Source of the DNA: Escherichia phage vB_EcoS_FFH_1
Strand: one strand, 5' to 3'
Sequence record: KJ190157
Length of the DNA stretch: 64,000 nt
Under the pieces are notes generated by a model. It was not told the DNA's origin. It saw nothing but the letters and a program-made list of their open reading frames with translations, and did not search any database. The position numbers and the translations under genes are program-made. Each line of letters opens with the position of its first letter. Position 1 is the first letter of the stretch. Positions 46,027-55,741 of this stretch are shown piece by piece.

Positions 46027-46055
46027 ATTATATTTAAATTTCACTAAATAAGCAA
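46027..46055 (-). promoter_or_regulatory. T5-type early sigma70 promoter
   Basis: TTGCTT, 17 bp, TATAAT. Confidence 0.7.
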
Positions 46056-46096
46056 ATGAAATTTAAATATAATAGCCCCCGAAAGGGCTATTTGAG

Positions 46097-46936
46097 TTAA
46101 GAAGACATCTTAGCTTTAAGAGCTGGGTGAGGATCGTACCCCTCTAAATGGAATGACCAAGCTGCCGTATTATTTTCTAGTAAGTCGTAAAGATCTACAA
46201 ACTCTGGCATTACTAGAGTTGGTAAAGGACGAGGTTTACGTTTTACCTGTTCTTCTACCTGTTCCATGTGGTCATTATAGATATGAGTATCACCGCCACT
46301 AAAGATAAGATAACGAGGTTTTAATCCTGTCAGTTTTGCTAATATATGCGTTAATAAAGCATAACTAGCAATATTGAAAGGTAAACCGAGGAAACAATCC
46401 ACAGAGCGTTGTGTCCATTTAAGATCTAGGTATCCATCGTTACTTACATAGCACTGGAAGCCGTAGTGACAGGGTGGTAATGCCATTTTATCAAGTTCAG
46501 CTACGTTCCATGCAGAAACTAGATGTCTGCGGCCATGAGGATTATTCTTGAGTCCTTCAATAAGTTCTAGAATCTGATCTCGCCCACCAAAGTTGCGCCA
46601 CTGTTTACCATATACTGGTCCTAGATTACCCTTATCATACCCCATACTTATAGCTTGGTCTTCATAATTTGGAGTCCAGATGGTCCACTGTCCTTCGTCA
46701 CGACCAAATGTGAATACACGTAGATCATGGAGATTTGTGGAACCAGACAAGAACCATAAGAGTTCTCCTACTACGGATTTCCAAGCTAGACGTTTGGTAG
46801 TTACAGCCGGGAACCCTTCACGTAGGTCGAACTTAGCATAGGAATCAAAAATTGAAACTGTGCCTGTTCCTGTACGGTCATTACGGGGTTCACCTAGTAA
46901 AATTACATCTGTCAAAATTTTTAAGTATTGTTGCAT
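46097..46936 (-). CDS. thyA: thymidylate synthase
   Basis: 279 aa; active-site LPPCHYGFQCYV and other ThyA blocks. Confidence 0.9.
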   Translation of the reverse strand: MQQYLKILTDVILLGEPRNDRTGTGTVSIFDSYAKFDLREGFPAVTTKRLAWKSVVGELLWFLSGSTNLHDLRVFTFGRDEGQWTIWTPNYEDQAISMGYDKGNLGPVYGKQWRNFGGRDQILELIEGLKNNPHGRRHLVSAWNVAELDKMALPPCHYGFQCYVSNDGYLDLKWTQRSVDCFLGLPFNIASYALLTHILAKLTGLKPRYLIFSGGDTHIYNDHMEQVEEQVKRKPRPLPTLVMPEFVDLYDLLENNTAAWSFHLEGYDPHPALKAKMSS

Positions 46937-47469
46937 TAATAAGTAACCAATTCCTGTACAAATCGCAGGCTGTTATCACTGTTTGCGCCAACTGCATAGA
47001 CTAATCGAGTGGATTCATAGTTATAATCCAGTATCATACTATCTAGGTGTATATCTGCCTCTAGCTTCTGTTCGCTAAAGATTGTAGATACAAAAGCACT
47101 TTCAATATGCCCATGTTGGTACATTTCTAGAAGAAGATTAGCTCCACCTAGAACTACTGTTTGCTGATCTTTTAGAAAAGTAGGTAATGTATCACCTATC
47201 ATTGATATGGGAGTGTAAATATCATGTGTAATATCATCTGGCAGTGGACGATCAGCACGAATAAATAGGTCAGAAGCTCCAATCATACGTTCCCTAACGG
47301 CGTATGGAAGAGCTAAATAAGTACCAGCACCAATGATGATGTTATCTGGATTCAACACGTCCAGTTGAGAATAGAAAGCATTCAGTTCTTCTTTGAAAGA
47401 GCCCCAAGGGAGCTTACCTCGGAGGCCGAACTCCCCATTCGGCCCAACTGCGTACATTGCTGTAATCAT
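46936..47469 (-). CDS. frd: dihydrofolate reductase
   Basis: 177 aa; DHFR-like N-terminus; start/stop coupled with thyA and nrdB. Confidence 0.75.
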   Translation of the reverse strand: MITAMYAVGPNGEFGLRGKLPWGSFKEELNAFYSQLDVLNPDNIIIGAGTYLALPYAVRERMIGASDLFIRADRPLPDDITHDIYTPISMIGDTLPTFLKDQQTVVLGGANLLLEMYQHGHIESAFVSTIFSEQKLEADIHLDSMILDYNYESTRLVYAVGANSDNSLRFVQELVTY

Positions 47470-48611
47470 AAGAAATCTCCAAATTCATTACCCAGATCTT
47501 TCAGAGTATCAGTAGAGGTCTCAGTTACCTGACCTACACGGTAGGCTGCACCAATCTGGATTTCTTGTGGAGCAGGCTGTAGAGAAGTAGTATCCAACCA
47601 GTTCATAATCCACGGAATAGGGTTTTTAGTGATTACTGGTAAGTGACTAGGCCATTCTACACCAATGTGCATAAATGCATTACGCCCTACAAAGTACAAG
47701 TATTCTTCTAGAAGTTCTGCATTCAAACCAATCAGACTACGACCTTTGAAAATGAAATGACCCCATTCAATTTCAGTTTTCAGAGTTTTCAGGAGCTGTG
47801 CTGGTGCTTTAGCCACTGCTTCGTCTACCAGATCTTTGTCAAACTGCTGGAACATAATCTGGATGATTGCTTTGGACATCTGAGTGTGCAGAGCTTCATC
47901 TTTAGCGATTAATTGCAGATTTTTAGCAATACCTTGCAGAATATCGTTCTCTGCTAATGCAAAGGTACATGCAAAGGATGCGTAGAACTGCATTGCTTCC
48001 AGACCGTAGATTGCAAAATAAGCATCTAACAGTTTAGCCTGAGTTTCACGCTTAACTTCAGGGAACTCCGTTTCTGGGTATGTATTGTCACCACGATGAT
48101 CACGTACTGCGATGAAATACTGACCTAACTGGTACAGTTCATCGAATAGTTCAACAGAATCAGCGATGCGTGCGAATGCTTCTTGGTTTTTGGTTACAGA
48201 ATCAATAAATTCTGCTGGATCAGTTAGCACATTACGAATAATATTGCTATAAGCACGACTGTGCAGATCTTCGAAGTAGCTCCACTGCTTGAGCATACCT
48301 TCCAATTCTGGACGACTTACAAGCGGCATAATAGCTGCTTCAGGAGCACGACTGATGAAGGAATCTGTTTGAGTCTGCCATGCTAAGTTCAGGAGTGTAA
48401 TTTCCTGAATTTCTCGTGGGAGATTAGGCCATTGTTTCTTATCTGCTTCCAGACTGATTTCAGTTTCAGTCCAAAATTGAGAGCGTTGCAGAAGTGCCAG
48501 ACGTTCTAGTTCTGGATGTGCTACACGTACATAATCTGCGATACCTAGAGAATCTCCCAGGAAAAGGTCAGCGTTAGTATGATCCCAATTCAGGTTTAGT
48601 AAAGTAGTCAT
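47466..48611 (-). CDS. nrdB: ribonucleotide reductase class Ia beta subunit
   Basis: 381 aa; di-iron ligand motifs and C-terminal acidic tail typical of NrdB. Confidence 0.9.
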   Translation of the reverse strand: MTTLLNLNWDHTNADLFLGDSLGIADYVRVAHPELERLALLQRSQFWTETEISLEADKKQWPNLPREIQEITLLNLAWQTQTDSFISRAPEAAIMPLVSRPELEGMLKQWSYFEDLHSRAYSNIIRNVLTDPAEFIDSVTKNQEAFARIADSVELFDELYQLGQYFIAVRDHRGDNTYPETEFPEVKRETQAKLLDAYFAIYGLEAMQFYASFACTFALAENDILQGIAKNLQLIAKDEALHTQMSKAIIQIMFQQFDKDLVDEAVAKAPAQLLKTLKTEIEWGHFIFKGRSLIGLNAELLEEYLYFVGRNAFMHIGVEWPSHLPVITKNPIPWIMNWLDTTSLQPAPQEIQIGAAYRVGQVTETSTDTLKDLGNEFGDFL

Positions 48612-48642
48612 TGATTTTCCTCTTTCTCACTATTTCAGGAAT

Positions 48643-48671
48643 ATTATAGCAAATCTGGTAGCGATTAGCAA
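48643..48671 (-). promoter_or_regulatory. T5-type promoter upstream of nrdB
   Basis: TTGCTA, 17 bp, TATAAT. Confidence 0.7.
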
Positions 48672-48677
48672 ATAAAA

Positions 48678-49160
48678 TTATAAACTATCAAGCTCCAATA
48701 GTTTAGCATCGCGCCATTCTATAGCATCCTCTAATTCTTTGAATGTTTTAGTATGTTTTACACCTTTTCTAGCAATCTGGACTTGGTAAGATCCGCTTGC
48801 TTTTTGGTGTATATTTTTAATACCTAACTTATTGTCTTTGTGCGCTCCGACATTCTTTCCATTGTTAAATCTATCAGATGCTAATAAATTAATTGCTCTA
48901 TTATCATGACGTATTCTGTTGTCATGGTCTACTTCTTTTGGAATGTATCCATGGGTGATATAGAATGCTAAGATATGTGCATAGTATTTTTTACCCCTTA
49001 CTTGCATTACTATGTATCCTGAACATTTTTCTAGAGAACCTGCTTCTTTGTCAGCAAACTTAGTATTAAAGGATTTATCTTCTCTAGGTCTGTGGGTAAA
49101 GATTCCGGTTTCTGGATTATAGTCAAATAACTCAGCTATTTCTTTGTATTTTTCTTCCAT
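48678..49160 (-). CDS. HNH homing endonuclease
   Basis: 160 aa; HNH motif VDHDNRIRHDNRAINL; inserted between nrdB and nrdA. Confidence 0.75.
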   Translation of the reverse strand: MEEKYKEIAELFDYNPETGIFTHRPREDKSFNTKFADKEAGSLEKCSGYIVMQVRGKKYYAHILAFYITHGYIPKEVDHDNRIRHDNRAINLLASDRFNNGKNVGAHKDNKLGIKNIHQKASGSYQVQIARKGVKHTKTFKELEDAIEWRDAKLLELDSL

Positions 49161-49189
49161 AATCTAAAATTACAGCCGTTATAGGCCTA

Positions 49190-49212
49190 ATAAAAGGGGC
49201 TTTCGCCCCCTT
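49190..49212 (-). terminator. hairpin terminator between nrdA and HNH gene
   Basis: GGGGCTTTCGCCCC flanked by A/T runs. Confidence 0.55.
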
Positions 49213-49217
49213 ATTTA

Positions 49218-51551
49218 TTATAATTGGCAACCACCTGATGCGCATCCAGCAGCAGCTTCCTCTCCTGCACCTCCACCGTTTGCGGTGTTGAAGTTAGCAT
49301 AATAGAAAGTTTTCCACCCGTACTTAACAGCAGTCATGAAATCACGAACTACTACTGGGCCAGGAATAATTTCATTCTCAAACTTGGTGTAGTCGTAGTA
49401 CATATTAGTACTGATAGACTGGCTGAAGAATTTCTGCATAGTTGCTACCCATTTGATCCACTCGATACGATCTACATCATAAGCCAATTTATAGCTCATT
49501 AACGTTTCCCAATCGGTTGCACCTGGAGCAATTGCAATTACTTTATTTACTGCACTACCCTTGATAGATACAATCTTACGTGGTGGTTCGATAGAGTTAG
49601 TAACACCTAACAGAACAGAAGAACTTTCTCCCGGCATCTGAGCAGTCAGAACAGAGTTACGCATACCATATTTCAGAATATCTGCACGTAGAGACTCCCA
49701 ATCCATTTCTAGACCTATGGATACCAGTTCATCAACAGTTTTCTTGTACGTGTCGATTACCAAAATTCCCTTAGATGGTTTAGTACGATCAAACCACTCA
49801 CATGCACCCTGTTCTTTAGCTAGGCGTACAGAGGCTTTATGCAGGAAGTAAGACAGTTTTTCAGCCTCACGGTGAATCCAGTTACGTGCTTCAATACCTT
49901 CATAAGCCAGACCTTCTGCGGCCATTGCACCTGCTGCGTTCATTAGGCCAATACCAACATTACGACGTTTCTTAGCCGTATATTCCATAGTTGGGAACGG
50001 ATAATCCTGAATTTCGATAATTGTATCAATGAATTTCAGAAGGATGTAGCAAGTTTTTTCCCACTCAGCCAGAGATTCCATGCGTCCAAGTACAACACCA
50101 CCTAAGTTACACAGAGATACTTCACCAATATCCTCCGGCTTCATTTGATCAAGCTGCTCTTTTGTCTTATACAGCTCTGTGATATGATGGAACGGGCGTG
50201 TAGGCTGAGTAATCTCAACACAAAGGTTTGTCATACGGATCGGATCAAGGAAATTACCATGACGATTAGACTCCCCAATGTGATGAGCATACATACGTCC
50301 TGTTTCCATTCGGATACGTAGCCAAGTATCTAGGATTTCTTTTGCAGAGACTTTAGGAGCTGCTGGAACTGTTTTTCCTTTGTGGTCGATCTTTGTAAGA
50401 GATGCCACACGTTTCTCCGCTGCCACATAGATTTCTTCAAATTTAGCCTCGTCATCACTATAAAACGCTTCATGAACTTCTGGAGCATAGAAGTATGACA
50501 TTAGCGTAATATCTTCATTTTTCAGATAACGTTTTAACAAAAGATTGTTGAAGCTCAGAGAATAATCCATCTTATCGATTTTATTCTCATCTGTAGCACG
50601 TTGTTGCTTAACCTGCATCAATTGAATGATTTCAGGGTCAAAGTATGGATAAGACACTGTAGCAGAACCACCACGAGTTTGCTGAGTATTGGCCTTTACT
50701 GAGCGGTCAATGTGTCGATAATATGGCAGTTTTCCGGAATGCGGGAATGCCCCATTTCGCACCGGATCAGCAATTGATCTGCTCTCAAGATGATACCCGA
50801 TTCCCGCTCTGGCTGCGACCATTTTGAAGACGATGTGCTCGGCGGTGTCGATTGAATCCAACGTGTCAGTGGAATCCACGAGGCAGCAACTAGCAAATCC
50901 ACGGTCACTAGAGCGCAGACCAACCAGTGGCGGCGTAGGAACGTTGATTTTGTGGAGCGACATTGCGTTGTAGAGGTCGATTGCATCTAGAATTGTCCAG
51001 TTAGGTTGAGATAACATCGCCATTGCCATACCCATGTAGGCAAACTGCGGGGTTTCATAAATTTCACCAGTGGCTATGTTACGACGGGAATACTTATCAA
51101 AGAACTGCTTCAGCCCACCACTAGTAAAAAGACGGTCACGATCATGGTCGATAACCTGATTCAGAGCTTCAAATTGCTCATCGGTAATCCATGCACTCAT
51201 GTCTTCCCATGCACCTACGCTAACCATGTGGTCATGGAAGAAACGTAGAGAAGGTGGTTCGAAGGAGTCATAAAGGCGCTTACGCATTTGCGCAAGACGT
51301 AATTCCTTTGCTGGCACATCGTATGCTGGGTTATCTTTGATAAGACTTTCAGCAGCTTTAATTAATGCGTCCATCAGAGTGTCGGAATCTACAACCCCTT
51401 TAGGTAGAGTTTTTTGAGCAGCCATAGTAATGGCTGACCAACTTACATCAACTGTTTTGCAACCATACTCTGCCCAACCATTGAGTTTTTCAGGAGCAAA
51501 GTCTTCTACAGTACCGTCACGTTTAATTACTTTTTCAATGCGATGGCTCAT
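49218..51551 (-). CDS. nrdA: ribonucleotide reductase class Ia alpha subunit
   Basis: start set at MSHRIEKVIKRDG (ATP-cone) after AGGAAAG RBS, table ORF extends to 51656; C-terminal Cys pair. Confidence 0.9.
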   Translation of the reverse strand: MSHRIEKVIKRDGTVEDFAPEKLNGWAEYGCKTVDVSWSAITMAAQKTLPKGVVDSDTLMDALIKAAESLIKDNPAYDVPAKELRLAQMRKRLYDSFEPPSLRFFHDHMVSVGAWEDMSAWITDEQFEALNQVIDHDRDRLFTSGGLKQFFDKYSRRNIATGEIYETPQFAYMGMAMAMLSQPNWTILDAIDLYNAMSLHKINVPTPPLVGLRSSDRGFASCCLVDSTDTLDSIDTAEHIVFKMVAARAGIGYHLESRSIADPVRNGAFPHSGKLPYYRHIDRSVKANTQQTRGGSATVSYPYFDPEIIQLMQVKQQRATDENKIDKMDYSLSFNNLLLKRYLKNEDITLMSYFYAPEVHEAFYSDDEAKFEEIYVAAEKRVASLTKIDHKGKTVPAAPKVSAKEILDTWLRIRMETGRMYAHHIGESNRHGNFLDPIRMTNLCVEITQPTRPFHHITELYKTKEQLDQMKPEDIGEVSLCNLGGVVLGRMESLAEWEKTCYILLKFIDTIIEIQDYPFPTMEYTAKKRRNVGIGLMNAAGAMAAEGLAYEGIEARNWIHREAEKLSYFLHKASVRLAKEQGACEWFDRTKPSKGILVIDTYKKTVDELVSIGLEMDWESLRADILKYGMRNSVLTAQMPGESSSVLLGVTNSIEPPRKIVSIKGSAVNKVIAIAPGATDWETLMSYKLAYDVDRIEWIKWVATMQKFFSQSISTNMYYDYTKFENEIIPGPVVVRDFMTAVKYGWKTFYYANFNTANGGGAGEEAAAGCASGGCQL

Positions 51552-51692
51552 TTGGCTTTCCTTTTTATAGTTATCAGGATTTAAGGAATATTCTACTTTA
51601 TTATCGGTCATTAGGCAAATAAAATTTTCTGATAGAAAAGGCCCGAGTATTTTCATACCCAGGCCTGTATATTACCAGTCTAGCTTTTTAGC

Positions 51693-51983
51693 TTATTCAA
51701 TTACTTTAGCTCTAGCTACTTCTTTTAATAGAATATCTATAGAGGTGCTCAGCTCATTATAATTGAATGGTTTATTTGGATTTGAGGTTACAATTTTCCA
51801 CGCTAGGGTTGTCTTAGGACTTTCTTCCCCTTCCTTACGTGTAATCATATTAGCAGCACTCAGTGAAGTACGATGTATTTTAGTTTTACGGCTCAGATGA
51901 ACGACGTTTCCCATATTACACCTTCCCCATGTCTTTAAAAATGTCATAGAATGCTTTAGACTCAACAGAACGAACGTTATCAA
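51693..51983 (-). CDS. hypothetical protein
   Basis: 96 aa; overlaps phoH 3' end in another frame. Confidence 0.3.
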   Translation of the reverse strand: MITFVLLSLKHSMTFLKTWGRCNMGNVVHLSRKTKIHRTSLSAANMITRKEGEESPKTTLAWKIVTSNPNKPFNYNELSTSIDILLKEVARAKVIE

Positions 51984-52677
51984 TCAATTCGATCATTGAG
52001 AAGGGGGCATTTTCGTATTTCTCATAGACTTCCATAAGGAGTGCTAGACCTGAGTCACCTTTAATGTCTTTCTGAGCTATATCTCCGCAGATAATTAAAC
52101 GGCAGTCTTGTCCTACACGGGTTAGGAGACAAATCATTGCCTCAACGGAAATATTCTGAGCTTCATCGACAATTACATAGGAGTTGTTGAAAGTTCTGCC
52201 ACGAGCATGTTCGATAGCCAAAAATTTAATTTTCTGACGTTCGACATATCCTTTATATGCATGATCGCCGATGGCCCATTTCATACCATCAGCTATTGGC
52301 TCCAACCAAGGCTCTAGCTTTTCCGCTAGATCACCAGGAAGCATACCAAGAGACTTACCTAGAGGTTCATTAGGACGTACGAGAATCACTTGCTCAATAT
52401 CTGAGTGAATGTCTACTAGTTCCTGAGCTGCAAGAACGGACGGAATAAAGGTTTTACCAGTACCTGGCTCACCGATACCCACAGTCACTGTGTTGTTCTT
52501 GATCATATTGATATATGATTTTTGCTCGCGGTTTTTACCTACTAGGGATTTAGCAACTGGGTTAGCGTAATCATTAGAAAAATCAGCCTGAATTACGTTA
52601 TTCTCATATTTGTTGCCACGCTTTCTTGAACCATTGCGGTTCTCTCTTTTTTGACGTGCTTTTCCCATAAATAACAC
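51916..52677 (-). CDS. phoH: PhoH-like ATPase
   Basis: 253 aa; Walker A GEPGTGKT and PhoH blocks. Confidence 0.85.
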   Translation of the reverse strand: MLFMGKARQKRENRNGSRKRGNKYENNVIQADFSNDYANPVAKSLVGKNREQKSYINMIKNNTVTVGIGEPGTGKTFIPSVLAAQELVDIHSDIEQVILVRPNEPLGKSLGMLPGDLAEKLEPWLEPIADGMKWAIGDHAYKGYVERQKIKFLAIEHARGRTFNNSYVIVDEAQNISVEAMICLLTRVGQDCRLIICGDIAQKDIKGDSGLALLMEVYEKYENAPFSMIELIDNVRSVESKAFYDIFKDMGKV

Positions 52678-52744
52678 TCCTATAGTGTACTTCGCTTCTA
52701 ACAGAGGATCAACAAAGAGATCTTGTTTATCAACTTACAAATAT

Positions 52745-52773
52745 ATTATAACAAGGTTTACAGCAAAAAGCAA
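52745..52773 (-). promoter_or_regulatory. T5-type promoter upstream of phoH (divergent region)
   Basis: TTGCTT, 17 bp, TATAAT. Confidence 0.7.
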
Positions 52774-52965
52774 GTATAATTTTAAATAAACCTATGATAT
52801 TGCTTTTAAGTAAAAAATTTACTTGCTTTTAACGTGAGATGTACGATACTAGATAATCATTTTATATCGCGTGCACGAGTGCGTGATTATACAATTTTTA
52901 ATAGAGGTTGGCAAATAAAATTTTTTGACTCAGATCATGTTACAGAACTTTATAGTAAAATATTA

Positions 52966-52994
52966 TTGACATCCGCCCTCGAATGAGTTATAAT
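52966..52994 (+). promoter_or_regulatory. sigma70 promoter upstream of nrdD
   Basis: TTGACA, 17 bp, TATAAT. Confidence 0.75.
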
Positions 52995-53023
52995 AGTAGT
53001 CTTAGTTAGAGAAGGAGGGTGTA

Positions 53024-54898
53024 ATGAATCGTAATGAAGAACTAAAATATAAAGAAATGCAGGCGTTAATTAGAAACTGCAAAGAGATTATCGAAGGGTC
53101 AGCAGATGAAGAGCTGCTGTTTAATAATGCTAATAAACCCTCAGAACGTTTCCCTACACAAAGGGATATGCTTGCAGGTGAATTGAGTAAGTATCTAATT
53201 CTAGAAGAAATGCCTATCCAGATTCGAAATGCTCATATGATTGGGGATATTCATTTCCACGATGCTGATTATGCTGCATTAGGCATGACTAACTGTTGTC
53301 TGGTAGCTTTGGAAGATATGTTGAAGAATGGTATGAAGGTTGGTAATGCTGAAATTAGCACTCCAAACTCTATCACTACTGCGGCGGCTATTACTGCTCA
53401 GATTATCACTCAGGTTAGCTCCCATCAGTATGGCGGTACTTCTGTAGATCGCCTTGATGAAGTATTAGCCCCTTATGTTCGTAAATCCTATGACAAAAAT
53501 CATGCGTTTGCAAAACGTTGGACTAAGGATGAAGCCAAAGCATCAGTAATGGCTACGGAGATGACTGAAAAAGAAGTCTATGACGCTTGTCAGGGTTTAG
53601 AATATGAAATCAATACCATGTTCAACTCTAATGGTCAGAGTCCATTTATTACCTTTGGTTTTGGTCTAGGAACTTCCTGGGAAGCACGTCTAGTACAGAA
53701 AGCAGTACTGAAAGTACGCATGGATGGTTTAGGTATCAATAAACGTACAGCTATCTTCCCGAAACTGGTATTTGTACTTCGCGATGGCGTAAATATGAAA
53801 CCAGGAGATGTTAATTATGACATCAAGAAGTTAGCTATGAAATGTACTGCTGAACGTATGTATCCAGATTATATCAGCTATGACAAGGTTGTAGAAGTTA
53901 CTGGAGACTATAAAGTTTCTATGGGCTGCCGTTCATTCCTAGCTGCTGCAGAAGATGGTGAAACTGCTGGCCGTAATAACTTAGGTGTTGTTTCTGTAAA
54001 CTTGCCTAGAATTGCTATCGAAGCTGAAGGAAATATTGATCTATTCTTTGATTTGCTTGAGCTACGTGTGGATACAGCGTTAAAAGCATTGGAGTGGAGA
54101 GTTGATCGCTTAAAATACATCCAAGCTAAAGCTGCACCCATCCTCTATATGTCAGGAGCCTTTGGGTTACGCTTGGAGCCTGATGAATATGTATTCGATC
54201 ATTTCTATAACCGTGCTTCTGTATCTCTAGGGTATATTGGTTGCCATGAAATGCTACAGTTCATGTTCGGCAAAGATGTAGACACAATGTCAGAGACCTG
54301 CATCAAGTTTGTTCAGCGTGTATTGCAGTACATGCGAGATAGAGTCGATCAGAAGAAGGAAGAGACTAAGTTAGGTTATAGCCTGTATGCTACACCGTCA
54401 GAGTCCCTATGTGATAGGTTTTGCCGTTTAGACCGTGAATATTTCCCAGAGCATGAAGATATTCTGTCTAAAGGATACTACACTAACTCGCACCACCTTG
54501 ATGTAGAGCGTAAAGTTGCTCCTAACGTGAAATTTGATTATGAATCTAACTTTACGCCTATTGCTTCTGGTGGGTGCATTTCCTATGTAGAACTACCGGA
54601 TATGAAACGATTCCCAGATGCACTGGAATGGGTTATTAATTATGCTGCTAGTAAGGTTCATTACTTCGGTATTAATACCCCAGTGGATTCTTGTGGTAAA
54701 TGTGGATTCTTAGGTGAAACAATAGCATCCGAAGATGGATTCAAGTGCCCTATCTGTGGTAATCATGACCCCGAAACTCTTGAAGTAACTCGTCGAGTTT
54801 GTGGGTATCTTGGAAATCCAGGTGCTCGTCCGTTTAACCCAGGAAAACAACATGAGGTTATGGGCAGGGTGAAACATCAGGATATTCGAGCTAAGTAA
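53024..54898 (+). CDS. nrdD: anaerobic ribonucleoside-triphosphate reductase
   Basis: 624 aa; C-terminal Cys cluster and glycyl-radical motif RVCGYLG; TTGACA/TATAAT promoter and GAAGGAGGG RBS upstream. Confidence 0.9.
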   Translation: MNRNEELKYKEMQALIRNCKEIIEGSADEELLFNNANKPSERFPTQRDMLAGELSKYLILEEMPIQIRNAHMIGDIHFHDADYAALGMTNCCLVALEDMLKNGMKVGNAEISTPNSITTAAAITAQIITQVSSHQYGGTSVDRLDEVLAPYVRKSYDKNHAFAKRWTKDEAKASVMATEMTEKEVYDACQGLEYEINTMFNSNGQSPFITFGFGLGTSWEARLVQKAVLKVRMDGLGINKRTAIFPKLVFVLRDGVNMKPGDVNYDIKKLAMKCTAERMYPDYISYDKVVEVTGDYKVSMGCRSFLAAAEDGETAGRNNLGVVSVNLPRIAIEAEGNIDLFFDLLELRVDTALKALEWRVDRLKYIQAKAAPILYMSGAFGLRLEPDEYVFDHFYNRASVSLGYIGCHEMLQFMFGKDVDTMSETCIKFVQRVLQYMRDRVDQKKEETKLGYSLYATPSESLCDRFCRLDREYFPEHEDILSKGYYTNSHHLDVERKVAPNVKFDYESNFTPIASGGCISYVELPDMKRFPDALEWVINYAASKVHYFGINTPVDSCGKCGFLGETIASEDGFKCPICGNHDPETLEVTRRVCGYLGNPGARPFNPGKQHEVMGRVKHQDIRAK

Positions 54899-54904
54899 GC
54901 TAAT

Positions 54905-54938
54905 CAGCCGGGTTGCTAGTCGACCTGGCTTTTATTTT
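54905..54938 (+). terminator. rho-independent terminator after nrdD
   Basis: imperfect hairpin GCCGGG...CCTGGC followed by TTTTATTTT. Confidence 0.6.
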
Positions 54939-54940
54939 AT

Positions 54941-54969
54941 TTGCTTTCAGCCAAAAATTTATATATAAT
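54941..54969 (+). promoter_or_regulatory. T5-type sigma70 promoter
   Basis: TTGCTT, 17 bp, TATAAT. Confidence 0.7.
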
Positions 54970-54998
54970 AGATTTATAAATTTGAGGAGGTAGGAATT

Positions 54999-55379
54999 AT
55001 GACTTTAAAACCGTATATAGTGGAGTCTACGTGTGGCAGTTTCCACCTGGGTGTGGATGATATTGCTGAGGCTGTCTTTGCTGCCACAGGTGATTACTCT
55101 CATATAGGGGGTGCTGGGTACCCCACCGTTATTGGCGATTGGGTGGAAACAAATCTAGATGTGTCGCCTTATAACCCGTATTGCTTGTTTGATGAAGACA
55201 GAGATGAGGTAAAGTGTAATCTTGAATTTGTGTATAATAGAGTATTAAAAGTATACCAACGTAGTCCCGAGGGGTACGGAGATATTACTTGTAGTATTAA
55301 ACAGTATCTTAAAGATGTATACTCTAGTTTTTCTGACGAAGGCCTAGAAACAGTTGCAGTGGAGTTTAATAATGACTAA
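54999..55379 (+). CDS. hypothetical protein
   Basis: 126 aa; own promoter 54941-54969. Confidence 0.5.
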   Translation: MTLKPYIVESTCGSFHLGVDDIAEAVFAATGDYSHIGGAGYPTVIGDWVETNLDVSPYNPYCLFDEDRDEVKCNLEFVYNRVLKVYQRSPEGYGDITCSIKQYLKDVYSSFSDEGLETVAVEFNND

Positions 55380-55578
55380 GAATGTGAAACACCTTAAATA
55401 TCGCTTAATCTATAACGGACGTATGGAAACAGAAGATCTGGCCCAATTAGCTATTAATTCTAATGAGGTTATGGTGCGTGCGCTAGCAATTGAAAAGTTG
55501 CGTGCTTCTTATGAAAATCGTGTTATGGAACTAGAGGAGAAACTGTATGGACTTCTTGAATCAGAGTCTAAAAAGTAA
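55354..55578 (+). CDS. hypothetical protein
   Basis: 74 aa; start may be internal MTKNVKH. Confidence 0.45.
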   Translation: MQWSLIMTKNVKHLKYRLIYNGRMETEDLAQLAINSNEVMVRALAIEKLRASYENRVMELEEKLYGLLESESKK

Positions 55579-55741
55579 TCCAGAAAACATGCTTATTGAG
55601 CAATGGAACTTTGGTTATAATGCCGGTATAGCTACTTGTATTGCTAGATTGGATATGCTTATTAAGCAAGAAAAGGTACGCCCGGAGGAAGCAATTTTAC
55701 TCCGAAATATTATCGAAGGATTTAAGCAAGGAATCGTATAG
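55547..55741 (+). CDS. hypothetical protein
   Basis: 64 aa. Confidence 0.45.
   Translation: MDFLNQSLKSNPENMLIEQWNFGYNAGIATCIARLDMLIKQEKVRPEEAILLRNIIEGFKQGIV

Noticed and set aside
50696-50986. Minus-strand 96-aa ORF within nrdA in another frame
   Set aside because: Lies entirely inside the nrdA coding sequence; likely spurious.
54999-55379. NrdG (anaerobic RNR activase) downstream of nrdD
   Set aside because: The protein lacks the CxxxCxxC radical-SAM motif expected for NrdG; no NrdG candidate was recognisable in this window.
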